In this document: piece by piece, positions 8,702 to 18,072 of the stretch
Numbering within the stretch: the stretch's first letter is position 1
Layout of the letters: each line of letters begins with the position of its first letter
Origin: Minisyncoccota bacterium
GTDB lineage: Bacteria; Patescibacteriota; Minisyncoccia; UBA6257; JAVHQB01
DNA length: 43,572 bases
NCBI GenBank assembly: GCA_035404205.1
Contig: DAONGQ010000003.1
Span: 1-43,572, forward strand
Direction of reading: 5' to 3'
Position numbers and translations under genes: made by a program
The notes under the pieces: generated by a model
What the model saw: the letters and a program-made list of their open reading frames with translations, nothing else
What the model was told of the DNA's origin: nothing
The model's database searches: none

Positions 8702-10936
8702 CTAAAGCTTATTAATTTTCACTGTATACACAAATTGGTCTCCTTCTAGTGAAGCAAGCACATAAGTGTCACCATTTTTTAAAATGGCTTCCGGCGGAGG
8801 GGCAAAAACTAATCGGCTCTGGTCATTGTGGGTTAAAGTCAGCTCTTTGGCTAGGACTTGCTCACCTGCAGGCATATATAAGAGAATAAGATGTTTTCCG
8901 GAATCGAGGCTAACTTGTATTTTGGGATTGCTTAGAGAACATGATATAAATCCTGTATTGAATGCCCCTCGTCCTAAGATTTTATCTATAGCACCCGTTT
9001 TTAATAATACAAAAGTTAACTCCAAAAGGCTAATCATGACAAAACCAATCAAAATCGTTTCCCAATAAAGGGACAAAAAATCTCTGAGGCCGATCGGCAA
9101 AGAACTTTTGGGAAGAGGGGTAGTGGTAACAGTTGCGTTGCTGGACTTAGAACTGGGGTCATTTATTAGAGCAGAACTCGCGCTCTCCAGGGTACTGGTC
9201 GTCTGAGGAAGAGAAGTTGTCGACGTTTCGTCGATAATTATAGTAGAGCTGGCTTTAGTCTCTGTGGTTGAAACAGCTAAAGTAGTAGCAGTGGTAGAAG
9301 TAGAGGTAGTAGCTGCAGCCGTAGAAACAGTAGGAACAGTTATATTTACAGATATGGGTTGCGCCTTGGTTGTGCTGGTAGATAACAATGTAACTGCAGT
9401 CGTGGGCATTATCTTTGTTGTTTGAGTGGTAGCCTGAATCTCAGCCATAGTCGTTATAGTTGTTGTGGCTTGAGATATTGTAGAGGTAACTATTACTGGC
9501 ATAGTGGTAGAAGAAGTTGTTGTCTTGGCTGATTGTAAAGAGGTATCAGCAACGGTTATAGGAACGGTAGCAGTGGGTAGGGTGATAGTCGCTAGAGGCT
9601 GTCTTGTTACCCTTAAACTGTACATTCTTAAGTCGCCATTTTGGGCTCTGACTGAAATAGTTTTCAATTGATTAAGGTTTAAACTGGTACCGCTGAGGGG
9701 CTCAATTTCAGAATAAGGGTCTGATTCCGCCATAATCGTTACATTAGTTAAGTCGGCTTTGAGGGGAAGAGTTAAATTAACCACATTTATTTGATTATCA
9801 ATAATTGTAGCGCTCTCATATTCTTTAACCCTGAAACTCAATAAAGTATTCAGGGAGCTTTTGGGGGCCTCGACGACTGTAACTGTGTAAGTAGTGGTAG
9901 ATCCATTTTCGGCCATGACTGTATAAATAACCGGCTGGGAATAATCTCTTGCCTGCTCTGGCTGGGGTGCTAAAGAAGCCTTAGACGAGATACTGATAGT
10001 AGGTTTTAAATTCTTAAGGTCTACCCCATTGGGTACCTGTATTTTTATGGTATGGTTTTGCTGGTCAATCGTGCCTACGCTATTAAAATCTGGAAGAGTA
10101 AAGGCAATTATTTCTTTCTCAGAGCTTTTTATTAACGAATGATTTAAAATTTTTACCTTGCCCAAATTTGTTAATATTTTAACAAGAAAATTAGGTGCCT
10201 TAGTCGTTGAAGGAACGTCGAAATTATCATTAGAATTGTTAATCAAAGTAGTAGTACTTTTTAAGTGACCGGCTAAAGGTTTTTTAAATAAAGAGAATAA
10301 CCGCGCTAAGCGTATATTAAAAGTTTGCCACCAGGATTGAAAAGTTGTCATCTTCTCTCCTAAAGTCGTGGTTACTGCTAAAGTAGTTATGGGGATACTT
10401 ACCGTGGTAGGCGCTACTATAGTAGTATTGGTAGTCGCAGGCTCTCCTGGTAGTGTAGTAGAAGGAATAATTACAGCTTTGGTAGTCGCAGTGGTTGCAG
10501 TGGTTGCAGACAATGTCAAATTTTTTATCCAATCAAGCCGCGCTTCTCCACTATGCGCATTCAAACCGATTCTGGCATTGTAATCAAAAAAATAGTTCTC
10601 TTCTTCTAGCGTATGGTCAACTAGTTGATTCAAGCGTGCCACTGCTCGTTTCGTGAGGCGACCATAAAAACCAGTCACTAGTCCTTCTGGGTAAATAATC
10701 GGATTTTGCTTTAGAAGCAATTGCAAACATTCTACTCGCGTATTGAAATAACCAGGATAAAGATTGCTCAGAAAATTTAAGTTGCTGCAACTCGGCAATA
10801 ACTGCTCTTCCTCTGCCGGGGTAAGAACGGTGGGAACATTTGAAATAGCAAAACTAATAGACGTTGGCATTAAAGTTGCCAAAAATAAAATACAAAAAAC
10901 GCCTTTAGTTATTTTTATAAGATTACGCCCACTCAT
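8702..10936 (-). CDS. Large bitopic envelope protein: signal anchor, PG-binding-like module, two Ig/cadherin-like beta-sandwich repeats, ~190-aa Ser/Thr mucin-like tract, TM helix, 99-aa C-terminal domain
   Basis: The ORF opens at 10963 on a TTG; the first ATG is at 10936 (MSGRNLIKITKGVFCILFLATLM). The PG_binding_1-like segment is ECLQLLLKQNPIIYPEGLVTGFYGRLTKRAVARLNQ. The repeats end in ...STTTYTVTVVEAP and ...DLRMYSLRVTRQP. The Thr/Ser tract maps to about nt 9044-9601. The TM helix is YWETILIGFVMISLLELTFVLL. Confidence 0.7.
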   Translation of the reverse strand: MSGRNLIKITKGVFCILFLATLMPTSISFAISNVPTVLTPAEEEQLLPSCSNLNFLSNLYPGYFNTRVECLQLLLKQNPIIYPEGLVTGFYGRLTKRAVARLNQLVDHTLEEENYFFDYNARIGLNAHSGEARLDWIKNLTLSATTATTATTKAVIIPSTTLPGEPATTNTTIVAPTTVSIPITTLAVTTTLGEKMTTFQSWWQTFNIRLARLFSLFKKPLAGHLKSTTTLINNSNDNFDVPSTTKAPNFLVKILTNLGKVKILNHSLIKSSEKEIIAFTLPDFNSVGTIDQQNHTIKIQVPNGVDLKNLKPTISISSKASLAPQPEQARDYSQPVIYTVMAENGSTTTYTVTVVEAPKSSLNTLLSFRVKEYESATIIDNQINVVNLTLPLKADLTNVTIMAESDPYSEIEPLSGTSLNLNQLKTISVRAQNGDLRMYSLRVTRQPLATITLPTATVPITVADTSLQSAKTTTSSTTMPVIVTSTISQATTTITTMAEIQATTQTTKIMPTTAVTLLSTSTTKAQPISVNITVPTVSTAAATTSTSTTATTLAVSTTETKASSTIIIDETSTTSLPQTTSTLESASSALINDPSSKSSNATVTTTPLPKSSLPIGLRDFLSLYWETILIGFVMISLLELTFVLLKTGAIDKILGRGAFNTGFISCSLSNPKIQVSLDSGKHLILLYMPAGEQVLAKELTLTHNDQSRLVFAPPPEAILKNGDTYVLASLEGDQFVYTVKINKL

Positions 10937-11010
10937 GTATGTATGCCTAAAAACTGTTAGCAAAGAATATTCAAATTAAAAACTTTTTATGCTATATTGA
11001 CCCTATGCTT

Positions 11011-11081
11011 TGCGGGATCGTCTAACGGTAGGACATGGGCCTCTGGAGCCTAGTATCTTGGTTCGAATCCAAGTCCCGCAG
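11011..11081 (+). tRNA. tRNA-Gln (anticodon CUG)
   Basis: Cloverleaf readable by eye: acceptor TGCGGGA/TCCCGCA, D arm GTCT..AGGAC, anticodon stem TGGGC/GCCTA with loop CTCTGGA (anticodon CTG at 11043-11045), T arm CTTGG-TTCGAAT-CCAAG, discriminator G. No encoded CCA. Confidence 0.9.
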
Positions 11082-11126
11082 CCTTTTGAGTTCATGGCTT
11101 CAAGCGAATCAAGCAAAAGAGAAAAA

Positions 11127-12245
11127 TTAAGCGCTTTTTTCTTGAGGATTGATACCAACGCTATCGATAATAGCTAATTCTAAAGGCAGGGTAGCTAACC
11201 CTGCTTTTTTGGTTCGGGATAATTGGTCCATCAATGCTTTAATAAAAGATTCTATTTGGTCTGCAGTTGCTCTTGCAGCCTGTTTCTTTAAAGTATCCAG
11301 CTCCTCATCGGTAGTTTCTCTGCTAATCAATTGTTCCGTTGCAGGAGAAACTTTTATCAATAATAACCACCTAAAATAATCTAACAAGGCGCGGCTCAAT
11401 TCATCAAGATTATAACCTTTCTCATTTAAATCATTGACCATTTGAATTGCCTTGCCAATATCTTTATCGAGAATAGTCGCCGAGAATTTACTTAAAGATG
11501 AGAAATTTATAGAACCTAAAATTTTTTGCAGAGCATCCAAGGTAATCTTATCCTTTCCGAACATAGAGGCCACCTGCCCCAACACTGATTCCGCATCTCT
11601 CATTCCCCCATTGGCATTGCTAGCAATCAATCTTAAAGCATCGTCTTCTATCTGCAAGCCTTCCTTCTTGGCTACCATTTGGAGTTCGTGAATAATATCT
11701 TCAAGGGCAATGCGTTTAAAGTCGTAACGCTGCACTCGAGATAATATAGTGGGCAAAAACTTCTCTGGCTCTGTACTGGCCAAAATAAAAACTGCATAAG
11801 AAGGCGGCTCCTCCAAGGTTTTGAGCAAGGCATTAAAAGCGGATTTACTTAACTGGTGGGCTTCATCAATAATAAAAACTTTGTATTTAAATTTAACCGG
11901 AGGAAATTTGATGTTTTCTATAAGCTCCCTGATATCGTCTACCCCTGTATGAGAAGCGGCATCAATTTCTATGATATCCAAATTAGTGCCATTTTCCGCT
12001 GCCAGACAAGACTCGCATTCATTGCAGGGTTCAAAACTGCCAGCTTTTCTATTTTGACAATTAAGCGCTTTAGCCAAAAGCCTGGCCGTAGTAGTTTTAC
12101 CTGTCCCCCGCGGACCAGCAAAAAGATAAGCATGAGAAATCTGCCCTTCTTTAATAGCCTTTGTTAAAACCTTAACCGTAATTTCTTGGCCAGTTATTTC
12201 CTTAAATAAACGGGGGCGGTATTTGCGATAAAAAACTAAAGACAT
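11127..12245 (-). CDS. dnaX: DNA polymerase III subunit gamma/tau (short form)
   Basis: GPRGTGKTT Walker A, Zn module CNECESC, IIDEAH Walker B, SRVQRYDF sensor. Confidence 0.92.
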   Translation of the reverse strand: MSLVFYRKYRPRLFKEITGQEITVKVLTKAIKEGQISHAYLFAGPRGTGKTTTARLLAKALNCQNRKAGSFEPCNECESCLAAENGTNLDIIEIDAASHTGVDDIRELIENIKFPPVKFKYKVFIIDEAHQLSKSAFNALLKTLEEPPSYAVFILASTEPEKFLPTILSRVQRYDFKRIALEDIIHELQMVAKKEGLQIEDDALRLIASNANGGMRDAESVLGQVASMFGKDKITLDALQKILGSINFSSLSKFSATILDKDIGKAIQMVNDLNEKGYNLDELSRALLDYFRWLLLIKVSPATEQLISRETTDEELDTLKKQAARATADQIESFIKALMDQLSRTKKAGLATLPLELAIIDSVGINPQEKSA

Positions 12246-12259
12246 GACATAAGTTTAAA

Positions 12260-14659
12260 TTAATTCATACGCATACGGTCTGACATCTGCAAATCTATTT
12301 CTGTTCTGGGTCGCCCATATTTAAGAGCTGAGAGTTCTTTCATTAGGTTTGCCAGGGTCAAATTTCCTGGCTTTGGTTTAAAGGTTTTATTCAGACTAAA
12401 GGGCTCCGTAGTGGCATTATTAACCATGAGGCGAGCATAAGCTTTAAAGTTGTCCAAGTTGACTAAATCATAAGCGTTGACCACGGGACCAAACTCCTTG
12501 AGAAGAACTTCTGTATCCATAGGGCCGACTCTGTAGGTAATTAAGCTGCCTACATTGCCAAAAACAGCATTGCGAATATTTTCCGTTAATTGCCCTATAT
12601 ATTGATGGGCAATAGTTAAATTGAGATGATATTTCCGAGCCTCAGACAAGATGGTGGCAACGCTATCGGTGGTAATATTTTGAAATTCATCTAAATAAAG
12701 ATTGAAATCCTGCCTTTGTGATTCTTCCATATCGGCTCTGGCAAAGGCAGCCATCAGAATACGACTCACTATAATCATACCTAAAATCTGGCTGTTAATA
12801 TCTCCTATTAGTCCTTTGGACAATTTAACGATAAAGATTTTACGATTATCCATAATATCCCTGAAATCTATTGTCGAGTGTGATTGTCCCACAATATATT
12901 TTATTAATTCGTTCGAGAGAAAGGGACTCAGTTTAGAATTAATATATGGAGCCATATTGGCTAGGGAAAAATCTCCACCGGCTTTTTCAGCTTCCTTGAT
13001 CCAAAATTCTTTGACTAAGGGGTCATTGCATTTCAAAAGAAGATAATGTCTAAAGTCAGGATTAGTTAACACTCTCACCACTTCCATTAGTGTATAACCA
13101 GCTTCGGGGTCGCTTAAAAGCAGAAGAAGGATGTTTCTAAAATATTGTTCAAACATAGGCCCGCCCGTGGTTTTAAGATCGTAAATCTTTCCAATAATAC
13201 TTAAAAGCTCGTTAATGACAAAATTTTTCTCCTCTGGCCGATTAGAATTAATTTCTAAAAAATTCAAACCAATAGGATGTTCGCCGTCAGCTGGATTAAA
13301 GACAATTACATCTTGAGCTCGTTCTTTAGGAATATGGGCCAAAATATCTTCTGCATCATCACCGTGTGGGTCAATATAACAAACACCTTTCCCCTGCTCA
13401 ATGTCTTGGATGATCATCTGCTTGAGTAGCGTAGTTTTACCTACGCCGGTTTGTCCAATAACATAAACATGTCTGCCCCTATCCTTATCAAGCAAATGTA
13501 CTGGAGTAACCGCTCCCCGATAGACATTCTCTCCGAGAATAATCCCCCCTTCTTTAATTAAATTATTTGGGGCCATAATAGCTTTGGCCTTAAGCCATTT
13601 TATACTTGGAGTGTCAGTACAAGGTAAAGGAAAATGCCAAAGACCGGCTAATTCTGCAGAGTTAAGAATTATTGCCTGTTTTTCGTCTGGCAACCTAAAA
13701 GCAAAATTATAAACTAATCCCTTTAAAGCTCTCTCACGATTTTTCCATTTAGTGATGTTGAAACTATTGCTATTAGCTGACATAAATTGAGAAAAGCCCG
13801 CTGCTAAACTATCAACAATATCTTCAGCCCTGAGAGAGGTTTCTGCTGAAGCTAAAATTCTTATATTGGCAGTCAATAGCGGCCGATTTAGTTTTTTCTG
13901 GACTGTTTCTATAAGACCTTGATCGATAACTTTATTCTTTTCTTTTTCTTGTTTATCTTTTTCTATTTGTTCTGCGCTCCGGTTATCCAAAATGGACTTA
14001 GCCAAAATTTGACCGACGCTTTCTCCTTTAGCATCTTTGAGAGTTTTTCCCTCTCTTAATAATTGTAAGACGCTTTGCACATACTTTGACGAAGCAGCAC
14101 TTGCCGGACTAGTTACCAATTGGATAGCGGCTCCCTCTTTACCAAGAGCCACTCTTTCCAAAGCGTTACTGAGAGAGTTCAATGGGTCATTTTCTAATTC
14201 TTGATATGACCGCAAAGGGATAGCGTAGTCCTCGCGCAAAGTTAAAACCGCGCCTACTGTTATACCGTTCTCTTGAAAAATTGTGTAATCTTTAGATACC
14301 TCTATCTCTGCGTCTGGGAAGAAACCGTTAATTTGCTTTATTATTAAATCGGCATCCTTTTGGGGCACAGCCACATAAAAAGCAATTTGATCAGAATCGG
14401 TAGGTACTGCCATTTCCCAAAACAAGGGCTTTTTATAGTTGGCCAAACTCCCAAGTAGCTGGTCAAAAAGACTAATAAACTCAGCTGGTTTCTTTTTAGC
14501 GGCCTCCTCAGGAGAAGCTTTGGGCATCAAAACTTGCAACAATCTATACTCCATAGCGCCTGCTAATGAGCGTTTTTTTCTCCATTGCAAAAACAAAATC
14601 AGAAAAATGATTAATCCGATTGCAGCAAAAGAAACAAAATACAGATTAAGAATATTCAT
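12260..14659 (-). CDS. Membrane-anchored P-loop ATPase of the VirD4/TraD/TraG (type IV coupling protein, FtsK/HerA superfamily) type, with a ~330-aa N-terminal domain of unknown function
   Basis: N-terminal TM helix (ILNLYFVSFAAIGLIIFLILFL). Walker A is HVYVIGQTGVGKTTLL...CYIDPHGD, Walker B is FNLYLDEFQNI, and a downstream motif is LTIAHQYIGQL. Confidence 0.65.
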   Translation of the reverse strand: MNILNLYFVSFAAIGLIIFLILFLQWRKKRSLAGAMEYRLLQVLMPKASPEEAAKKKPAEFISLFDQLLGSLANYKKPLFWEMAVPTDSDQIAFYVAVPQKDADLIIKQINGFFPDAEIEVSKDYTIFQENGITVGAVLTLREDYAIPLRSYQELENDPLNSLSNALERVALGKEGAAIQLVTSPASAASSKYVQSVLQLLREGKTLKDAKGESVGQILAKSILDNRSAEQIEKDKQEKEKNKVIDQGLIETVQKKLNRPLLTANIRILASAETSLRAEDIVDSLAAGFSQFMSANSNSFNITKWKNRERALKGLVYNFAFRLPDEKQAIILNSAELAGLWHFPLPCTDTPSIKWLKAKAIMAPNNLIKEGGIILGENVYRGAVTPVHLLDKDRGRHVYVIGQTGVGKTTLLKQMIIQDIEQGKGVCYIDPHGDDAEDILAHIPKERAQDVIVFNPADGEHPIGLNFLEINSNRPEEKNFVINELLSIIGKIYDLKTTGGPMFEQYFRNILLLLLSDPEAGYTLMEVVRVLTNPDFRHYLLLKCNDPLVKEFWIKEAEKAGGDFSLANMAPYINSKLSPFLSNELIKYIVGQSHSTIDFRDIMDNRKIFIVKLSKGLIGDINSQILGMIIVSRILMAAFARADMEESQRQDFNLYLDEFQNITTDSVATILSEARKYHLNLTIAHQYIGQLTENIRNAVFGNVGSLITYRVGPMDTEVLLKEFGPVVNAYDLVNLDNFKAYARLMVNNATTEPFSLNKTFKPKPGNLTLANLMKELSALKYGRPRTEIDLQMSDRMRMN

Positions 14660-14685
14660 ACTATTTAGAGTCTGTGACTATGCGT

Positions 14686-15138
14686 TTAATGCAACAAATT
14701 TTTGTCACCCTTGGCTATTTCCACGGCGCCATCATGTAGAGCATCTAGTGAATAAAAATCCCCGTTGCGTCGCAACTCTTGGGCGCCCTCATAGACTAAT
14801 TTATAAAATGTTGGCATATCATCAGTCGCCTTAGCCCGCCATTCCTTAATATTCTGCAGAATCTCTTCTAACCTTTGATTTCTGTTTTCGAATTCTACGG
14901 GCAAAATATTTTCAGCTGCAGCTAAGGTTTTTTGCGAAGAAGACACTATTTCCTCTTGATTCCCCGGTAAATCATTAATAGCGTCGGCGATAGCACGCGA
15001 AGCCATTTCTTCCGGAGAGAATTTCAAACTTTCTGGCTCGATAGCCCCCGTTTCTATTGGCAAAGGCTTGGTAGTCTCCGGAGAAGAATAAACGTCCTTA
15101 GATAGGTTATTTAATTGGGAATTTAACATAGAAGGCAT
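14686..15138 (-). CDS. Hypothetical acidic protein (150 aa)
   Basis: ORF with an ATG start, packed 26 nt upstream of the coupling-ATPase-like gene on the same strand. I recognised no motif. Confidence 0.5.
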   Translation of the reverse strand: MPSMLNSQLNNLSKDVYSSPETTKPLPIETGAIEPESLKFSPEEMASRAIADAINDLPGNQEEIVSSSQKTLAAAENILPVEFENRNQRLEEILQNIKEWRAKATDDMPTFYKLVYEGAQELRRNGDFYSLDALHDGAVEIAKGDKNLLH

Positions 15139-15178
15139 ATAAAAATCATACCCTATTCACGGTTTAAAAACAACTGTA

Positions 15179-16075
15179 TTAACGACGGAAAAACCCGTCG
15201 GGTATATAATAAATTTTAGGATAGAAGCAAAAATTCATGCTAGCCAACCCCTGCCATTGAGGGTTATTTTTAGTCTGAATTTGCAACTCTTTTACTACTT
15301 GCAGGATTTCACTCGCGTCATCGCTAGGTTTAAAAGTAAAATGAAAGCCCAAATTAGTCGTAGCGGAAAAGCACTCTAGGGAACTTTCATCTAATGATAT
15401 TTCCCGATAACTAAGAATAGTTCCCTGGCATTGGTGGAACCAAGACCGAAGATTATTAATAATCTCTGGCGGCACAATAGAGGAACCCACTGTGATTGGT
15501 TGGGAAGTTTCTTTAAATTGCCCTTTCAGCAAAAAATAATCAGCATAAACAGGGTCCTGTAAAAGGGTCTGCTTGTCATTTATAGCCAAGTCTTTAAAAT
15601 AAAGGCCATTTTCGTCTATGAACCCGCATTTACTGTCATTGCACCAAAGAGCTGTAACCACTCTTTTACTTAAAGAAAGATTCAGGGTTTGCCGCCACCA
15701 ATCAAAATCAATGTGGCTATCTGAATATTCTGGAAAATTTTCTTCAAAACCTTTTTCTAGAGCATCGAAATTTTGGAAGAGACTGTTTTTGTCATTATAC
15801 GAAAGCTCCTTTAAAAAGCGAACATACAACGGCCCCATATTCAGCCAGCTTCGGCTTTCTAAAGACGTTGTCAAAAAATTCATCACAGCCTGCCTATCGG
15901 CAGGGTCTTCGCCAGAAAGATTGATTTGTTTTATTTTAAAAATTGGAGAAAAAAAGATAATCCATATCACTCCAATTAAAAAACATAAAATAAAGAAGAA
16001 AAAACAAAACCACTTAATTTTCTTAAGAATTTTTCGTTTGCGTAAACGTTTTTTTCTATCAGTAGTATTAACCAT
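15179..16075 (-). CDS. Bitopic membrane protein with a POTRA-like start, possible FtsQ/DivIB-like division protein
   Basis: Basic N-terminus, one TM helix (WFCFFFFILCFLIGVIWIIFF), then IFKIKQINLSGEDPADRQAVMNFL, resembling the FtsQ POTRA beginning. The ORF-track start at 16099 is a TTG that overlaps serS; the first ATG is at 16075. Confidence 0.45.
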   Translation of the reverse strand: MVNTTDRKKRLRKRKILKKIKWFCFFFFILCFLIGVIWIIFFSPIFKIKQINLSGEDPADRQAVMNFLTTSLESRSWLNMGPLYVRFLKELSYNDKNSLFQNFDALEKGFEENFPEYSDSHIDFDWWRQTLNLSLSKRVVTALWCNDSKCGFIDENGLYFKDLAINDKQTLLQDPVYADYFLLKGQFKETSQPITVGSSIVPPEIINNLRSWFHQCQGTILSYREISLDESSLECFSATTNLGFHFTFKPSDDASEILQVVKELQIQTKNNPQWQGLASMNFCFYPKIYYIPDGFFRR

Positions 16076-16082
16076 ACTACGT

Positions 16083-17363
16083 CTAAACCTTGCGCACAAT
16101 TTCTTTCATACCCCCCATATAAGGTTGTAAAATCTCTGGAACTTTAATATTCCCCTCTGCTGTTTGATAATTTTCTATAATAGCAATGAGCGCTCGGCCA
16201 ATAGCAAAAGCGGTGCCATTGAGAGTATAGGCAAAATGCAATTCTTGGTCTTGAGGGTCACGGTAACGAATATTCAAACGACGCGATTGAAAATCGGTAC
16301 AATTAGAAGTAGAGTGCGTTTCTCGATATTCGCCTTCCCCATTGTTTTGACCAGGCAACCAGGCTTCAGTATCAAATTTAGCTGCTGCCGGATCGCCTAA
16401 ATCTCCGCTGCAAATGTTTAAAACCCTATAAGGGATTTTTAACGCTTGCATCAGCTCCTCTTCCATGCGTAAGAGAAATTGGTGCTCCTCGGCTGCTTCT
16501 TCCGGTTTAGTAAAAACAAACATCTCAATCTTATCAAATTGGTGTACCCTCAAGATGCCTTTAGTATCTTTTCCGTAAGAACCTGCTTCTCTTCTAAAAC
16601 AAGAGGAAAAGGCCGCGTAGCGCAAGGGAAATTTATTATAATCTAGGACCTCATCGCTATGCATAGGACCTACCATTTGCTCGGCCGTGCCTACCAAATA
16701 TAAATCGTCTTTGGGCAAATAATAGATTTCTTCCCCGCCTCTTTCGACATATCCCATCCCTTCCATCAATTTGGGTTTGAGCATAACCGGAGTAATCAAA
16801 GGAATAAATCCTTCTGTAGACAATTTTTGAAAAACAAATTGTAAAAGAGCGAATTCCATCAAAGCTAATTCATTCTTTATAAAGCCGAAGCGAGAGCCAG
16901 AGGTTTTGGCGGCTCTTTCAGTATCAATTAAATCTAGTTTTTCGCTTAAACTTACATAATCTTGCGGTTTAAAATCAAATTTAGGCTTATCGCCCACTTC
17001 TCTTAAGACAAAGATTTTCTTTCCCGTAGGGTCTACTGGCACTGTATCCAAGGGGGGGTTGGGAATAAGTCTCATGATTCTTAAAAACTCAGCATCCGCG
17101 ACAGAAGATTTATCCTCTAATTCTTTGAGTGAAGTTTTAGCATTTTTAAGGAACTCCAAATCAGCTGGCTCTTTTTGACCTTGAGCCATTTTCTCTTCTA
17201 TGAGCGATTTCTGATGCCTTAAATTATCTATTTGGGTAACCAATTCTTTGCGATTGTCATCCGCTTCTATAACCTGGTCTATAAGAGAAGCGTCGCTGCC
17301 CTTATCAATAAGTTTTTGTTTAAGCAGCTCCTGGTTATTGTGAATGTATTTTATATCCAGCAT
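16083..17363 (-). CDS. serS: Seryl-tRNA synthetase
   Basis: N-terminal coiled coil MLDIKYIHNNQELL and class II motifs (FRREAGSYGKDTKGILRVHQF, GTAFAIGRALIAIIENYQ). The ATG at 17363 is preferred over the TTG at 17420. Confidence 0.93.
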   Translation of the reverse strand: MLDIKYIHNNQELLKQKLIDKGSDASLIDQVIEADDNRKELVTQIDNLRHQKSLIEEKMAQGQKEPADLEFLKNAKTSLKELEDKSSVADAEFLRIMRLIPNPPLDTVPVDPTGKKIFVLREVGDKPKFDFKPQDYVSLSEKLDLIDTERAAKTSGSRFGFIKNELALMEFALLQFVFQKLSTEGFIPLITPVMLKPKLMEGMGYVERGGEEIYYLPKDDLYLVGTAEQMVGPMHSDEVLDYNKFPLRYAAFSSCFRREAGSYGKDTKGILRVHQFDKIEMFVFTKPEEAAEEHQFLLRMEEELMQALKIPYRVLNICSGDLGDPAAAKFDTEAWLPGQNNGEGEYRETHSTSNCTDFQSRRLNIRYRDPQDQELHFAYTLNGTAFAIGRALIAIIENYQTAEGNIKVPEILQPYMGGMKEIVRKV

Positions 17364-17420
17364 ATAATTTCTTTTAGTTACGATATGCCCTATTATATAG
17401 CAAAAATGCTTTCGAGACAA

Positions 17421-17453
17421 ATAAAAAAGAGCGCCCTCACATGCGAAGGCGCC
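17421..17453 (-). terminator. Strong intrinsic terminator of the 97-aa gene
   Basis: Minus strand GGCGCCUUC-GCAUGU-GAGGGCGCU (9 bp including 2 GU) followed by CUUUUUUAU. Confidence 0.75.
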
Positions 17454-17468
17454 CGTAAAAATAACCTT

Positions 17469-17762
17469 TCAGTATTGCTCATACCTCTTCCAGAGGGAAA
17501 GGTATCCCCAATTACCAGCCCAGGAGAAAAAAGACATCATCGCAGGTCTCAATGCTATTGGCCAGATGTCAATAAGGAGCGCAATTACACAAATGGTAAC
17601 TATTAGATCGCGAAGACATAGTCGTTCTTTCTGCAATTCCCGGTCCATCTGCTCGTCAAAGGATACCATCAAATTATTGCCATTTAACAGTCGCTTGTTC
17701 TCCGAATCTTGTTCCTCTGCGCATGAAGACAACTCTTTGTCAAAATCACATATAGGCAGCAT
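17469..17762 (-). CDS. Small tail-anchored membrane protein (97 aa), unknown function
   Basis: ATG preceded by GGAGG with a 6-nt spacer (CAGAGGAGGAATAATATG). The N-terminal half is acidic, and the C-terminal hydrophobic segment is LIVTICVIALLIDIWPIAL. It has its own terminator. Confidence 0.55.
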   Translation of the reverse strand: MLPICDFDKELSSCAEEQDSENKRLLNGNNLMVSFDEQMDRELQKERLCLRDLIVTICVIALLIDIWPIALRPAMMSFFSWAGNWGYLSLWKRYEQY

Positions 17763-17945
17763 ATTATTCCTCCTCTGATTTAGCTGCTTAGCAGCTACGA
17801 CCCCCCATTCTCATAACGAGAATGGTCATTCTTAAAAACGTCCTACGACGAATGTTAGTCACCAAACTAGAGAATTACCATTTTTGGCAGAAGACATGAT
17901 TATCTCCCGCATGCGTTTAATCCTCGCATTTGTAAGTAGGTATGA

Positions 17946-17975
17946 TATATAGAGCTAGTTTAGAAACTGTGACAA
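17946..17975 (-). promoter_or_regulatory. Candidate promoter of the 97-aa gene unit
   Basis: Minus strand TTGTCA (17975-17970), 18-nt spacer, TATATA (17951-17946). This would give a leader of roughly 180 nt. Confidence 0.4.
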
Positions 17976-18072
17976 ATACTTGTAGTTAAAACAACTATAA
18001 ATACTTGCCACGGTTATCGTTTTAAAAGGACTAGGGAAACTGATCCTGTTGTATTAAACCACTAGCAAACAA

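Noticed and set aside
17232-17778. Plus-strand ORFs 17232..17606 (124 aa) and 17566..17778 (70 aa) in the serS-lysS spacer.
   Set aside because: The first overlaps the serS 5' end in antisense. Neither has an SD or promoter. The opposite-strand 97-aa ORF has a GGAGG SD at ideal spacing, a TM segment and a flanking terminator, so it is the better model.
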